The notes under the pieces: model-generated
What the model saw: the letters and a program-made list of their open reading frames with translations, nothing else
What the model was told of the DNA's origin: nothing
The model's database searches: none
Made by a program: the position numbers and the translations under genes
In this document: one piece after another, positions 1-8,389 of the stretch
Numbering within the stretch: the stretch's first letter is position 1
How the letters are laid out: each line of letters begins with the position of its first letter
From: an uncultured delta proteobacterium
GTDB taxonomy: Bacteria; Myxococcota; Myxococcia; Myxococcales; Anaeromyxobacteraceae
Assembly (NCBI GenBank): GCA_963814585.1
Contig: CAWFDF010000017.1
Coordinates: forward strand, 1 to 23,588
Reading direction: 5' to 3'
DNA: 23,588 nt

Positions 1-41
1 CCCCTAATCATGCATTTTCACTGCCCAACGTGGCTGTCGTC

Positions 42-55
42 TTGATTCGAATCAA
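42..55. promoter_or_regulatory. FNR/CRP-family binding site (TTGAT-N4-ATCAA)
   Basis: TTGATTCGAATCAA matches the FNR consensus exactly and sits inside the perfect palindrome CTTGATTCGAATCAAG (41-56), in an AT-richer stretch ~35 bp upstream of the cytochrome ATG. Confidence 0.75.
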
Positions 56-90
56 GGACGTACACCGACACGGAGTGGGATGGCTTCGGC

Positions 91-2446
91 ATGCCCTCCC
101 CCCGGGGTCACCGGTCGCGCTGCGCCGTCCTCGTCCTGTCCGCGACCCTGGCCGCCGCCTCGGGCTGCAACGAGGCCCGCCCGCTCGCGAACGGCGAGAC
201 CGACTGCCTCTCCTGCCACGGCAGCGACGGCAACCCGGCGCCGCCGAGGGGCACCCGCGGCGAGACCTCCACCACCGCCGCCGCCGTCGGCGCCCACCGG
301 CTCCACCTGCGCGACACCGCCATCCGGCAGGCGCTCGCCTGCACCGAGTGCCACGTGGTCCCGACCCGGGTCGTCGAGCCGGGCCACTTCGACGCGCCGC
401 TGCTGACCTGGGGCCCGCTGTCGATGGCCCGCGGCGGCCAGCCCTCCTGGAACCAGGCCGAGCTGCGCTGCAGCGGCGTCTACTGCCACGGCGGCAGCCC
501 GGCCATCCACGGCGGCTCCAGCACCGCGCCGGTCTGGACCTACGCCACCGAGCCCGACTTCTCGCTGCCGCCCCAGCAGGCCTGCACCACCTGCCACGGC
601 TGGCCGCCGCCCGCCCCGCACCCGCAGAACACCGACTGCCGGCGCTGCCACGGCACCACCGTCCTCGCCGGCGGGACCATCGACGTGGCCGGCGGCAAGC
701 ACGTGAACGGCGCCACCGACTTCTCCGGCGGGGACGGCACGCTCACCTGCTCCTCCTGCCACGGCAGCGCCGACAGCCCGGCCCCTCCGACCGGCCTGGG
801 CGGCGAGACCGCCACCACCGAGCCAGCCGTGGGCGCCCACCGGCTCCACCTGCGCGACACGCCCATCCGGCAGGCGCTGGCGTGCACCGAGTGCCACGTG
901 GTCCCGGCGGCCGTCGACTCGCCCGGCCACCTCGGCGATCCGCGGCTCACCTGGGGCCCGCTCGCCACGGCGCGCGGCTCGCAGCCGGCGTGGAACCCCG
1001 CCCAGGCGAGCTGCTCCGGCGTCTACTGCCACGGCGCCAACCCGGCCATCCAGGGTGGCAGCCGCACCACGCCCGCCTGGACCTACGCACAGGAGCCCGA
1101 CTTCACGCTCCCGCCGCAGCAGTCCTGCACCGGCTGCCACGGCTGGCCCCCGCCGGCGCCGCACCCGCAGCTGACCTCCTGCGCCGGCTGCCACGGCACG
1201 ACCGTCCTGGCCGACGGCACCATCGACGTCGCCGGCGGCAAGCACGTGAACGGGGTGGTGGACTTCGGCGGCACCGGCGGCGGGGCGCTCTCCTGCGACG
1301 CCTGCCACGGCTTCCCGCCGGCGACCGGCGCCCACCTCACCCACTTCGCCTGGACGGCCGGCGCCAGCCCAGGGCGCGTACGGCGACGTGCGCGTGCTCG
1401 GCGACTACGTGGCCGGTGGCCTGCTCCCGCCCGGCTTCCCTTCCTTCGCCTTCGGCTGCGGCAACTGCCACCCGGTGGATCCCGCCGGCCACATGGACGG
1501 CCAGGTCGAGGTGGCGCTGGCGGGGACCGGCGCGCCCGCCGGCAGCCTCAAGGCGCGCAACCCGGCGGCGGCGGCCTACGCCGGCGGGAGCTGCGCGACG
1601 GTCTACTGCCACTCCAGCGGCCAGGCCACCGACGTGGCGGCGGCGACGCCGGCCTACGTCACCACCCCGGCCTGGACCTCGGGCGCCACGCTGGGCTGCG
1701 GCTCCTGCCACGGCAACCCGCCGCGCTACCCGTCGGGCGGCCCCGGCGCCGTGACCGCCAACTCCCACCTCGGCCTGGCCTTCGACGGCTACGAGTGGGG
1801 CCACTTCGGCGGCCAGCCGGGCGTCTGGCACCCCGGCGTCGAGATGGGCTCCAAGCACGGGCAGGGGACCTGGGCGGCGCTGAACGACGCCTCGGCCATC
1901 ACCTGCCAGACCTGCCACTCCGCCACGGTCGATCCGGCCAACACCGGCCCGTCCGGCTTCTACTACCTCGACACCAGCGGGGACTACCTGCTGGCCGGCT
2001 CGGTCACGCACTACGACTGCCTCGGCTGCCACCGGGACGGGGACCCGGTGGCGCCCACCCGCACCGGCAAGGCACTGCCGCTCCTCCACGTGAACGGGAG
2101 CCGCGACGTGGTCTTCGACCCGCGCGAGACGGTCCCGGCGATCCCCTGGCTGCCCACCGCCCCGTTCACCCCCACCCGGCCGATCTGGGTGACCAACGCG
2201 GCGCCCTTCGTCGATCCGCTGCCGGCCGGGGCGGTCTACGACCCCGCGGTGATCCCGCCGCCGCCGGCTGGCCAGGCCTGGCCCTACGGTGACCCGACCA
2301 TGTCCATGCACCTGGGCGGCGCGACCTGGGCCCCCGCCACCAAGACCTGCTCCAGCGTCGCCTGCCACCTCGCCGAGACCAGCGTGATCTGGGGCGGCGC
2401 GCCGGAGGACTACGCGGCGCCGTGCCGACGCTGTCACGGGCTGTGA
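91..2446 (+). CDS. Multiheme c-type cytochrome lipoprotein, Geobacter-type CxxxxCH/CxxCH family, ~18 hemes; split by a +1 frameshift near 1369
   Basis: Signal peptide ending in a lipobox-like AASG-C. Joining frame 91.. to frame ..2446 gives 14 CxxCH plus 4 CxxxxCH motifs (CSGVYCH x2, CATVYCH, CSSVACH). Removing one C from CCC at 1368-1370 reads through as ...AGAS-QGAYGDVRVLGDY... Start codon uncertain. Confidence 0.9.
205..1290 (+). repeat. Intragenic tandem duplication, 2 x 543 bp (181 aa, five hemes per unit)
   Basis: Matching anchors at a constant 543-bp offset: first Cys 205/748; CGGCTCCACCTGCGCGACAC 298/841; GTCTACTGCCACGGC 478/1021; AAGCACGTGAACGG 697/1240. Confidence 0.92.
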
Positions 2447-2550
2447 TTGGGTCCGGCCCCGGGTGCTGCCCAGCTCCCCCTTGTCGGGGCGGTTGAGCCG
2501 TCCCATCACCTGGCACGTTCCGCTATCCTCACTTCATCACCACGGAGTTC

Positions 2551-4950
2551 GTGCTGCGAATGGCACTGGGCATCCAGACCACCGTCGAGAGGCCAGCCTC
2601 CAGCGGGTATCTACGGCGCCTGCTGACCGGGCCGCTCGCCCGCATCTGGCCCCCGGCCCTGGCCGGCGCGCTGGCGGCGCTGGTGCCGGCGGCTTACCTG
2701 GCGGCCGGCCACGCCATCGCCTGGCGCGACTCCACGCTCTTCTTCACGCCGCTGCGGGCCCTCGTCGAGCCGGCGCTGCGGTCGCTCCGGCTGCCGCTCT
2801 GGAACCCGCACGAGGCGCTGGGCCAACCGCTCTTCGCGCAGCTGAACCACGCCGTGCTCCACCCCGTCTCCCTCCTGGGCGCCTGGCTCCTCCCCGGCGC
2901 CGGGCCCGACCTGGCCATCGTGGCCTTCGTCTTCCTGGCCGCTGCCGGTGCGGCCGTGGCCTCCCTCCAGCTCGGGGCCACCGCGCCGGCCGCGGTCCTG
3001 GGCGGCCTGGCCTACGGCCTCTCGGGGTACGTGCTGGGGATGAGCGCCATCCTCGTCTACCTGTGCGCCGGCGCCACCGCGCCCTGGGTGGTGGCGGGCC
3101 TGCTCCAGCTCGGACGAGGCGGCCCGGGCCGGCTCGCCGTGGGCGCCGTCGCCGTGGCCGTCATGCACCTCGCCGGCGACCCGCAGTGGACCGTGGTCGC
3201 CTGCGCGCTCGGGGTGATGCTGGCCTGGCAGCGACACGGGCTCGCCGTCCTGCCCCGGCTCCTGCTCGCCATGGCCCTCGGCACCGGGCTGGCGGCCCTC
3301 CAGCTGGCGCCCACCGCCCTGGTCTTCGGGGAGACGGCCCGGGCCACGGGCCTCTCGGCGTCGGACCAGCGGCAGTGGGCCTTCCCGCCCTGGCGCGTCG
3401 TCGAGCTGGCGTCGCCGGGCTTCTTCGGCGGCGTCCTCGGCCAGCTGGAGTGGCCGGTCTTCCGCTGGCTCGGCGACTTCGACAGCGCCACCGTCATGAT
3501 GCCGTGCCTGCCGAGCGTGTACGTCGGCGCCGTCCCGCTGGTGCTGGCGGCCGCGGCCCTCCGGGCGGACCGGACGGCCAGGCTGCTCGGCCTCCTGGCG
3601 CTGGTCTTCCTCTGGCTGGCCCTGGGACACCACTTCTACGCCCAGTCCGTCGTGGAGCGCATCCCGATCTGGGGCTCGTTCCGGTACGCGGAGAAGCTCA
3701 TCGGGCCCCTGACCCTCTGCCTGGCCCTGGCGGCCGCCCGGGGACTCGACGCGTTGCCGTGGCCGCGCCCCCGGCTGGCCTGGTCCCTCGCCGCCGCGGC
3801 CGCCGCCTTCCTGGCCGGCGCGGCGCTGCTGGCGGTTGATCCGTCGCTGGTGCCGCACGGCGCGGGCGCGACGGCGACGGCGGGCGCGGCCCAGGCGGCG
3901 CGGAACCTCTCCGCCGGCCTGCTCCACCTCGGCCTCGCGACGTCGCTCCTGGCGCTGGTGCTGGGCCGTGGCGCCCGCTGGAGCGAGCCGGCCCGGCGCT
4001 GGTCGCTCACCGGGCTGCTCCTCGTCGCCGCCGTGGGCGCCTCCCCGTTCTCGCTCCACGCCGGCCAGCCAGGCCTGCTCGACCTGGGCGTGATGACGAG
4101 CCTCCCCCGCGAGGCGCCCGCCCCGCGGATCATGACGCCGCTGGAGGAGGGCGGCCACGCGCTCCAGCGCGGACCCCACCCGGTGGATGCGCTGCTGCTG
4201 GCGCAGTCCCGGCTGGGCGAGGTGCCCTTCCCGGCGATGGTGGGGGTCGATCAGGTCGGGGGCTATGCCGCGATGCCCGCCCGGCCCTGGGTGGAGGTCC
4301 GGCAGCTGCTGGCGAGCAGCCTGGGGACGGAGCAGTGGGTGGCGCTGCGGCGCTTCGGCGTGACCCACGCCGTGGTCCAGGATCCGTACACCGACCAGGA
4401 GAAGGTGATCGCCCGCAGCGCGACCCGGCAGGCGCGCTTCCTCTGGCACGATCGGGACCGCCACCTCTCCGTCTGGGCCCTGCCGCACCGGCCCTGGGCC
4501 AGCTTCGCCGCGGAGGTCTGGCCCGCCCGCGACGAGGTCGAGGCGCTGCGGTTGCTGGGCCAGGCCGTCTCGGCGGGCAGCGAGGCCGTGGTGGTCGAGA
4601 GGCCCCCAGCCGACCTGGCCGCGGGCGGCGGCCGGGTCCTGCGGGTGGCGCGCGGCACCGAGGAGGCCGAGGTCGAGGCCGAGTCCGACGGGCCCGGCCT
4701 CCTGGTCGTCAACGAGGCCCTGCTGTCCGGCTGGAGCGCGACCATCGACGGCGCGCCCGCGCCGCTGCTGCGGGCCGACCGGGCCGTCCGCGCCGTGGCC
4801 TGGCCCCCGGGCCGTCACCTGCTCCGCATGCACTACGAGGCTCCGGGGCTCCGCCTCGGCCTGTGGGTCAGCTCGGCCAGCGCGCTGATCCTGCTGGCGC
4901 TGGCCGCCCTCGCCCTGGCGCCTGCCGCCAGGCGGGGCAGCACGGCCTAG
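2551..4950 (+). CDS. YfhO-family polytopic membrane protein (putative GT-C glycosyltransferase)
   Basis: 799 aa with many hydrophobic helices; LPLWNP..LGQP motif near the N-terminus; C-terminal LVVNE...GWSATIDG...RAVAWPPGRH.L..Y followed by a final TM helix, as in YfhO proteins; GGAG before the GTG start. Confidence 0.8.
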   Translation: MLRMALGIQTTVERPASSGYLRRLLTGPLARIWPPALAGALAALVPAAYLAAGHAIAWRDSTLFFTPLRALVEPALRSLRLPLWNPHEALGQPLFAQLNHAVLHPVSLLGAWLLPGAGPDLAIVAFVFLAAAGAAVASLQLGATAPAAVLGGLAYGLSGYVLGMSAILVYLCAGATAPWVVAGLLQLGRGGPGRLAVGAVAVAVMHLAGDPQWTVVACALGVMLAWQRHGLAVLPRLLLAMALGTGLAALQLAPTALVFGETARATGLSASDQRQWAFPPWRVVELASPGFFGGVLGQLEWPVFRWLGDFDSATVMMPCLPSVYVGAVPLVLAAAALRADRTARLLGLLALVFLWLALGHHFYAQSVVERIPIWGSFRYAEKLIGPLTLCLALAAARGLDALPWPRPRLAWSLAAAAAAFLAGAALLAVDPSLVPHGAGATATAGAAQAARNLSAGLLHLGLATSLLALVLGRGARWSEPARRWSLTGLLLVAAVGASPFSLHAGQPGLLDLGVMTSLPREAPAPRIMTPLEEGGHALQRGPHPVDALLLAQSRLGEVPFPAMVGVDQVGGYAAMPARPWVEVRQLLASSLGTEQWVALRRFGVTHAVVQDPYTDQEKVIARSATRQARFLWHDRDRHLSVWALPHRPWASFAAEVWPARDEVEALRLLGQAVSAGSEAVVVERPPADLAAGGGRVLRVARGTEEAEVEAESDGPGLLVVNEALLSGWSATIDGAPAPLLRADRAVRAVAWPPGRHLLRMHYEAPGLRLGLWVSSASALILLALAALALAPAARRGSTA

Positions 4951-4970
4951 CCGCCGTGCCGGCGCGAGAC

Positions 4971-4994
4971 GGCGCCATCGCGCTCGATGACGCC
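4971..4994. terminator. Possible hairpin between convergent genes
   Basis: GGCGCCATCG-cgct-CGATGACGCC, 10-bp stem with one mismatch, 20 bp after the YfhO-like stop; no U-tract. Confidence 0.25.
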
Positions 4995-5093
4995 GCCCCG
5001 CAGCGGACCACCGGGCCCCGCGCCGATCCTCGTCGCGGGGTCGACCAGGTCCGGATGACGCCGGGACCGGTGGCCAGCGGTCTCACGGACCGG

Positions 5094-5351
5094 TCAGCGG
5101 TTGGTCCGGGCGTAGACGCGGTCGCGGAGCTGGTCGCGGGTCTGCAGCGGATCCGTGCCGTTCACGCAGTCGCCGGTCTGCAGCTGGTCCTTGGCCTGCA
5201 GCTTGGCCCGGTCCCGGGCCTGGTCCATGGCCGCGATCCGGTCGCGGATCCGGTCGAAGAGCCGGAGGTGGGTCCAGTCGCCGGCCATGGCCGGCGTGGC
5301 GAGCATGGTGAGGACGGCGGCGAGGGTCATGCGGCGAGCGAGCGTGGTCAT
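5094..5351 (-). CDS. Small secreted D/R/Q-rich hypothetical protein (85 aa)
   Basis: Sec-type signal peptide (MTTLARRMTLAAVLTMLATPAMA) followed by DRIRDR/DQARDR/DQLRDR quasi-repeats; GC-ending codons. Confidence 0.7.
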   Translation of the reverse strand: MTTLARRMTLAAVLTMLATPAMAGDWTHLRLFDRIRDRIAAMDQARDRAKLQAKDQLQTGDCVNGTDPLQTRDQLRDRVYARTNR

Positions 5352-5489
5352 GTCGATTCCCTGTGGGTTGGGAACTTCACCTCCCGCAACCGCGCGCCGA
5401 GCCGCCGGTTTCTGCGGTCCGTGGTCGCACGCCTCCAGCCGGTGGCCACGAGCCGCACGGTGGGACTTCGGACCGCAGCCGGGGAGGCG

Positions 5490-5826
5490 CTACGCCGGGC
5501 AGACGTAGAGCTTGCGCAGGTCCTCGTGGACCACCCAGCGCGTCCTGGCCCCGGCCTCGAGGACGCCGACGTCACCCGGTCCCGACCTGCAGGGTCGGGC
5601 CCCCCTCGACTTCGATGGTGGCCCGCCCGCGCAGCACCACGAACACCTCGTCGACCTCCACGTCGGTGGAGGAGCCGGCGGTGTGCTCCCAGACGCCGGC
5701 GGCGAGCCCGGCCACGACGGGCACCTGCACGGATCCGGCGCGCGGGCTCCCCGCCACCACCTGGCGCGCCGGGAGCGGCTCCAGGGGGACCTCGAGCCGC
5801 GTGGCGGCGATCACTCGGCAGGCCAT
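5490..5826 (-). CDS. Cupin_3 (DUF861/EutQ-like) protein, ~111 aa; +1 frameshift near 5582
   Basis: GVWEHTAG...DEVFVVLRGRATIEVEGG, and after removing one base VGPGDVGVLEAGARTRWVVHEDLRKLYVCPA* (TAG at 5492-5490); GGAG RBS overlapping the upstream stop. Confidence 0.85.
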
Positions 5827-5833
5827 GACGCTC

Positions 5834-7541
5834 CTACTCCAGCGTGAACCACTGCACCTCGACCCGGCGGTTCAGGTTGCCGTCGGCGCCGACCGGCTCC
5901 TCCCAGCCGCGCCCCACCGTCTCGATCCGCTTGGGATCGAGCTTGGGGTGGCGCGCCAGCAGCGCCTCGCGCACGCCCATGGCCCGCTGCCGCGACAGCT
6001 CCATGGCCTTGAGGGCCATGCGCCCGCACCAGCTCCTCGCCCCCCTGCTTGCGGAACTCCGCCACCCGGGCGTTGTCCACGTGGCCGCGCAGCACCACGA
6101 TCGAGCCCGGGCTCACCTGCAGGAACTGCTTCACCGCGTCGAGGTACTCCAGGTTCTTCGGCTCCTTCTTGTCGAGCGCGGCGGAGTTGGGCTCGAAGAA
6201 GAAGCGGATGTCCTTCTTGAGGAGCGGGTCGCCCTCCAGCGAGGCCCCCGCCCCGGTCTTGATGGGGGCGATGGCCACCACCTGCCCGGCGAAGAGCCCC
6301 TCCTTGGCCAGCGCCTCCAGGTGCGAGAGGTCGGGGAAGCGGGCCGAGTCGGACGGGTTCTTGATGACGTCGCCGTAGGCCAGCACCGAGGACTGGAAGA
6401 TGCCGCCGAAGGAGCCGGCCGCGTCGATGGTGCCGGCGAAGAAGGCGCGGTTCTCCGGCAGGTTGGCCAGGTGGACCTTGCCGAGCTCGGCGGCGGCCTC
6501 GGCCTCGCTCCACTTGAACGCCTTGGCCACCACCGCCAGGTTGGCCTTCTGGTCGTCGCGCAGCCGCCGGTTGCCCTCCAGCAGGCCGTGCACCAGCCCC
6601 TTCACCAGCTTGGGGTTGGCCTCGGCGAACCCCTTGTTGACGGTGAGGATGTCGGCCACCACCAGCAGGTTCCGGTTGGTGACCAGCGCCTTGGCCTTGC
6701 CGGCGGAGGCCTCGATGACCTCGTCGGTGGCGGGCGACCAGCCCACGCAGCCGTTGAGCCGCCGGCGCCCGCTGGCCAGCTCGGCCTGGTAGGCGGTGCA
6801 GCCGGCGTTGGCGTCCTCGTAGAAGACCAGCCCGACCTCGCCGGGCTCGGGGCGGCCGTCCAGGTCGCGCAGCACGCTCACCTGCACGCCGGCCTCGCGG
6901 GCCAGGTAGCGCAGGAAGAACTCGGCCTCGTTGAACTGCGAGGCGGCCAGCACCTTGCCGGCCAGCTGGTTCACCGTGGCCACGCCGGTGTCCACCACCA
7001 GCATGTCGGCGCCGCGCGACCAGCCGATCTGCGCCGGCACCACCACCTGGAAGCCGCGCCCCTGCACCGCCAGCACGTCGGTGGTGGTGGCCGAGGCGGC
7101 GAACCGGCCGTTGTTGAGCTGGCACCAGGTCTCCCCCTCGCCCACCGTGAGCTTCACCTTGAAGCCGTGGGTGCGGGCGAAGAAGGACTCCGGGTTGGGC
7201 TCGAGCCCGCCGTTGGCCACGATGAGCCCGCCGTAGCCGGCGTACTCCGAGATGTCCACCTCCACCACGCCGTCCTTGACGACGTAGGGCGCGGCCGCGG
7301 CCAGCGGGGGCGGGCCGGTGACCGGCTCGACCGGCGCGGGGACCTTCCCCTCCGGGGCCCTGGCGCCGCCGGCGGAGGCGGGGGCGCCGGGCGCTCCGGC
7401 GGTCGCGCCGGCCGGCGCGGGCGCCGGGGCGCGGCGCAGCAGGAGCCAGGCGCCCAGGCCGATCAGGGAGAGCGCCAGCAGGATGGTGACGATGGCGCCG
7501 GCGGCGGCGCCGCGCGGCGTGCGGAAGGGCGTGAGGGTCAT
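5834..7541 (-). CDS. Membrane-anchored periplasmic binding protein (NMT1/SsuA-like PBP2) fused to a C-terminal OmpA-like peptidoglycan-binding domain, ~568 aa; +1 frameshift near 6024
   Basis: ATG 7541 with GGAG RBS and ATGA overlap; N-terminal TM helix, Pro/Ala linker, PBP-like region (EYAGYGGLIVANGG; WSRGADMLVV); OmpA motifs FEPNSA, GHVD, LSRQRA, GRGWEEP, NRRVEV. The two frames join by removing one base at CCC 6023-6025. Confidence 0.85.
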
Positions 7542-8389
7542 GCCGATTCTCCCGTGGTGGTGCGGCCCCGGCGCGAGCGGCCGAGCAGCGTGCTGGGTGG
7601 GGGGGCGGTCAGGTCGTCGAGGCCGCCGAGCAGCTCCTGCTGGTCGATGAGCCAGCGGCTCGCCTCGTCGAGCGAGGCGGAGAGCGAGTCCACCGAGCCG
7701 GTCACGCCGGCCTCGCCGGTGGAGAGCAGCACCTGCTCGCGCACCAGCGCCACCTGCTGGCGGATCCGCTCCAGCTCGGCCTGCACCCGCTCGCGCCGCC
7801 GGGCCGCCTCGAGGTGGCCGTCGCGGCGCGCCTGGATCACCCCGGCCTGCTGCTCGAGCGTGCGCTTCAGCTCGTCGGGGAGGTCGGGCGAGAGCAGCCG
7901 CCTGGCCAGCGCCTGCGCCTGGGTCTCCAGGCTGGCGGCCTCGGCCGCGCCGCTCGCCATGACCCGCTCCAGCGCCTGGCGCGCCGCCAGCAGCTTCAGG
8001 TGCATCCAGGCCAGCCGGGCCAGGCCGTCGGCGTGCGTCGAGGCCCGCTCCGGGCCCAGCGTGGCGAGCACCTCGTCGCAGCGCGCCTCGAGCGCGTCCT
8101 GCGCCTCCTGGTCCACCCGGGCCAGGCGGGACCAGAGCGCCTGGTGGCGCGGATCGCGCTGGCCGGCCGGACCGCCGCCGCCCCCCGCCGCGTCCACGGC
8201 GGCCTGGAAGCGGGGGTTGCGCGAGAGGGCCAGCAGGTAGGCCACCTCGAGCCCGGCGCCGATGAGCCAGAAGCCGGGGTTGAGGAGGGCGCCCAGCATG
8301 GCGAAGGCGGCCACGCCGAACAGGTTGGGCGGCACCGGCATGCCGGACGGGCGGGCCCAGAAGGCGGCCCAGACGTGGCGGGCGCTCAT
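7538..8389 (-). CDS. 2TM plus coiled-coil membrane protein (283 aa), probably a separate gene from the upstream ATPase
   Basis: MSARHVWAAFW... start; two hydrophobic segments then a long helical coiled-coil; its ATG overlaps a TGA (ATGA, 8389-8386) that closes the +1 frame of the upstream gene. Confidence 0.75.
   Translation of the reverse strand: MSARHVWAAFWARPSGMPVPPNLFGVAAFAMLGALLNPGFWLIGAGLEVAYLLALSRNPRFQAAVDAAGGGGGPAGQRDPRHQALWSRLARVDQEAQDALEARCDEVLATLGPERASTHADGLARLAWMHLKLLAARQALERVMASGAAEAASLETQAQALARRLLSPDLPDELKRTLEQQAGVIQARRDGHLEAARRRERVQAELERIRQQVALVREQVLLSTGEAGVTGSVDSLSASLDEASRWLIDQQELLGGLDDLTAPPPSTLLGRSRRGRTTTGESA

Noticed and set aside
1360..1380. Programmed ribosomal frameshift or phase variation in the cytochrome
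   Set aside because: Only a 3-C run, no slippery heptamer or long repeat tract; the same +1 pattern recurs in unrelated genes.
2511..2524. TGGCACGTTCCGCT as a sigma54 promoter for the YfhO-like gene
   Set aside because: GG-to-GC spacing is 8, not the required 10.
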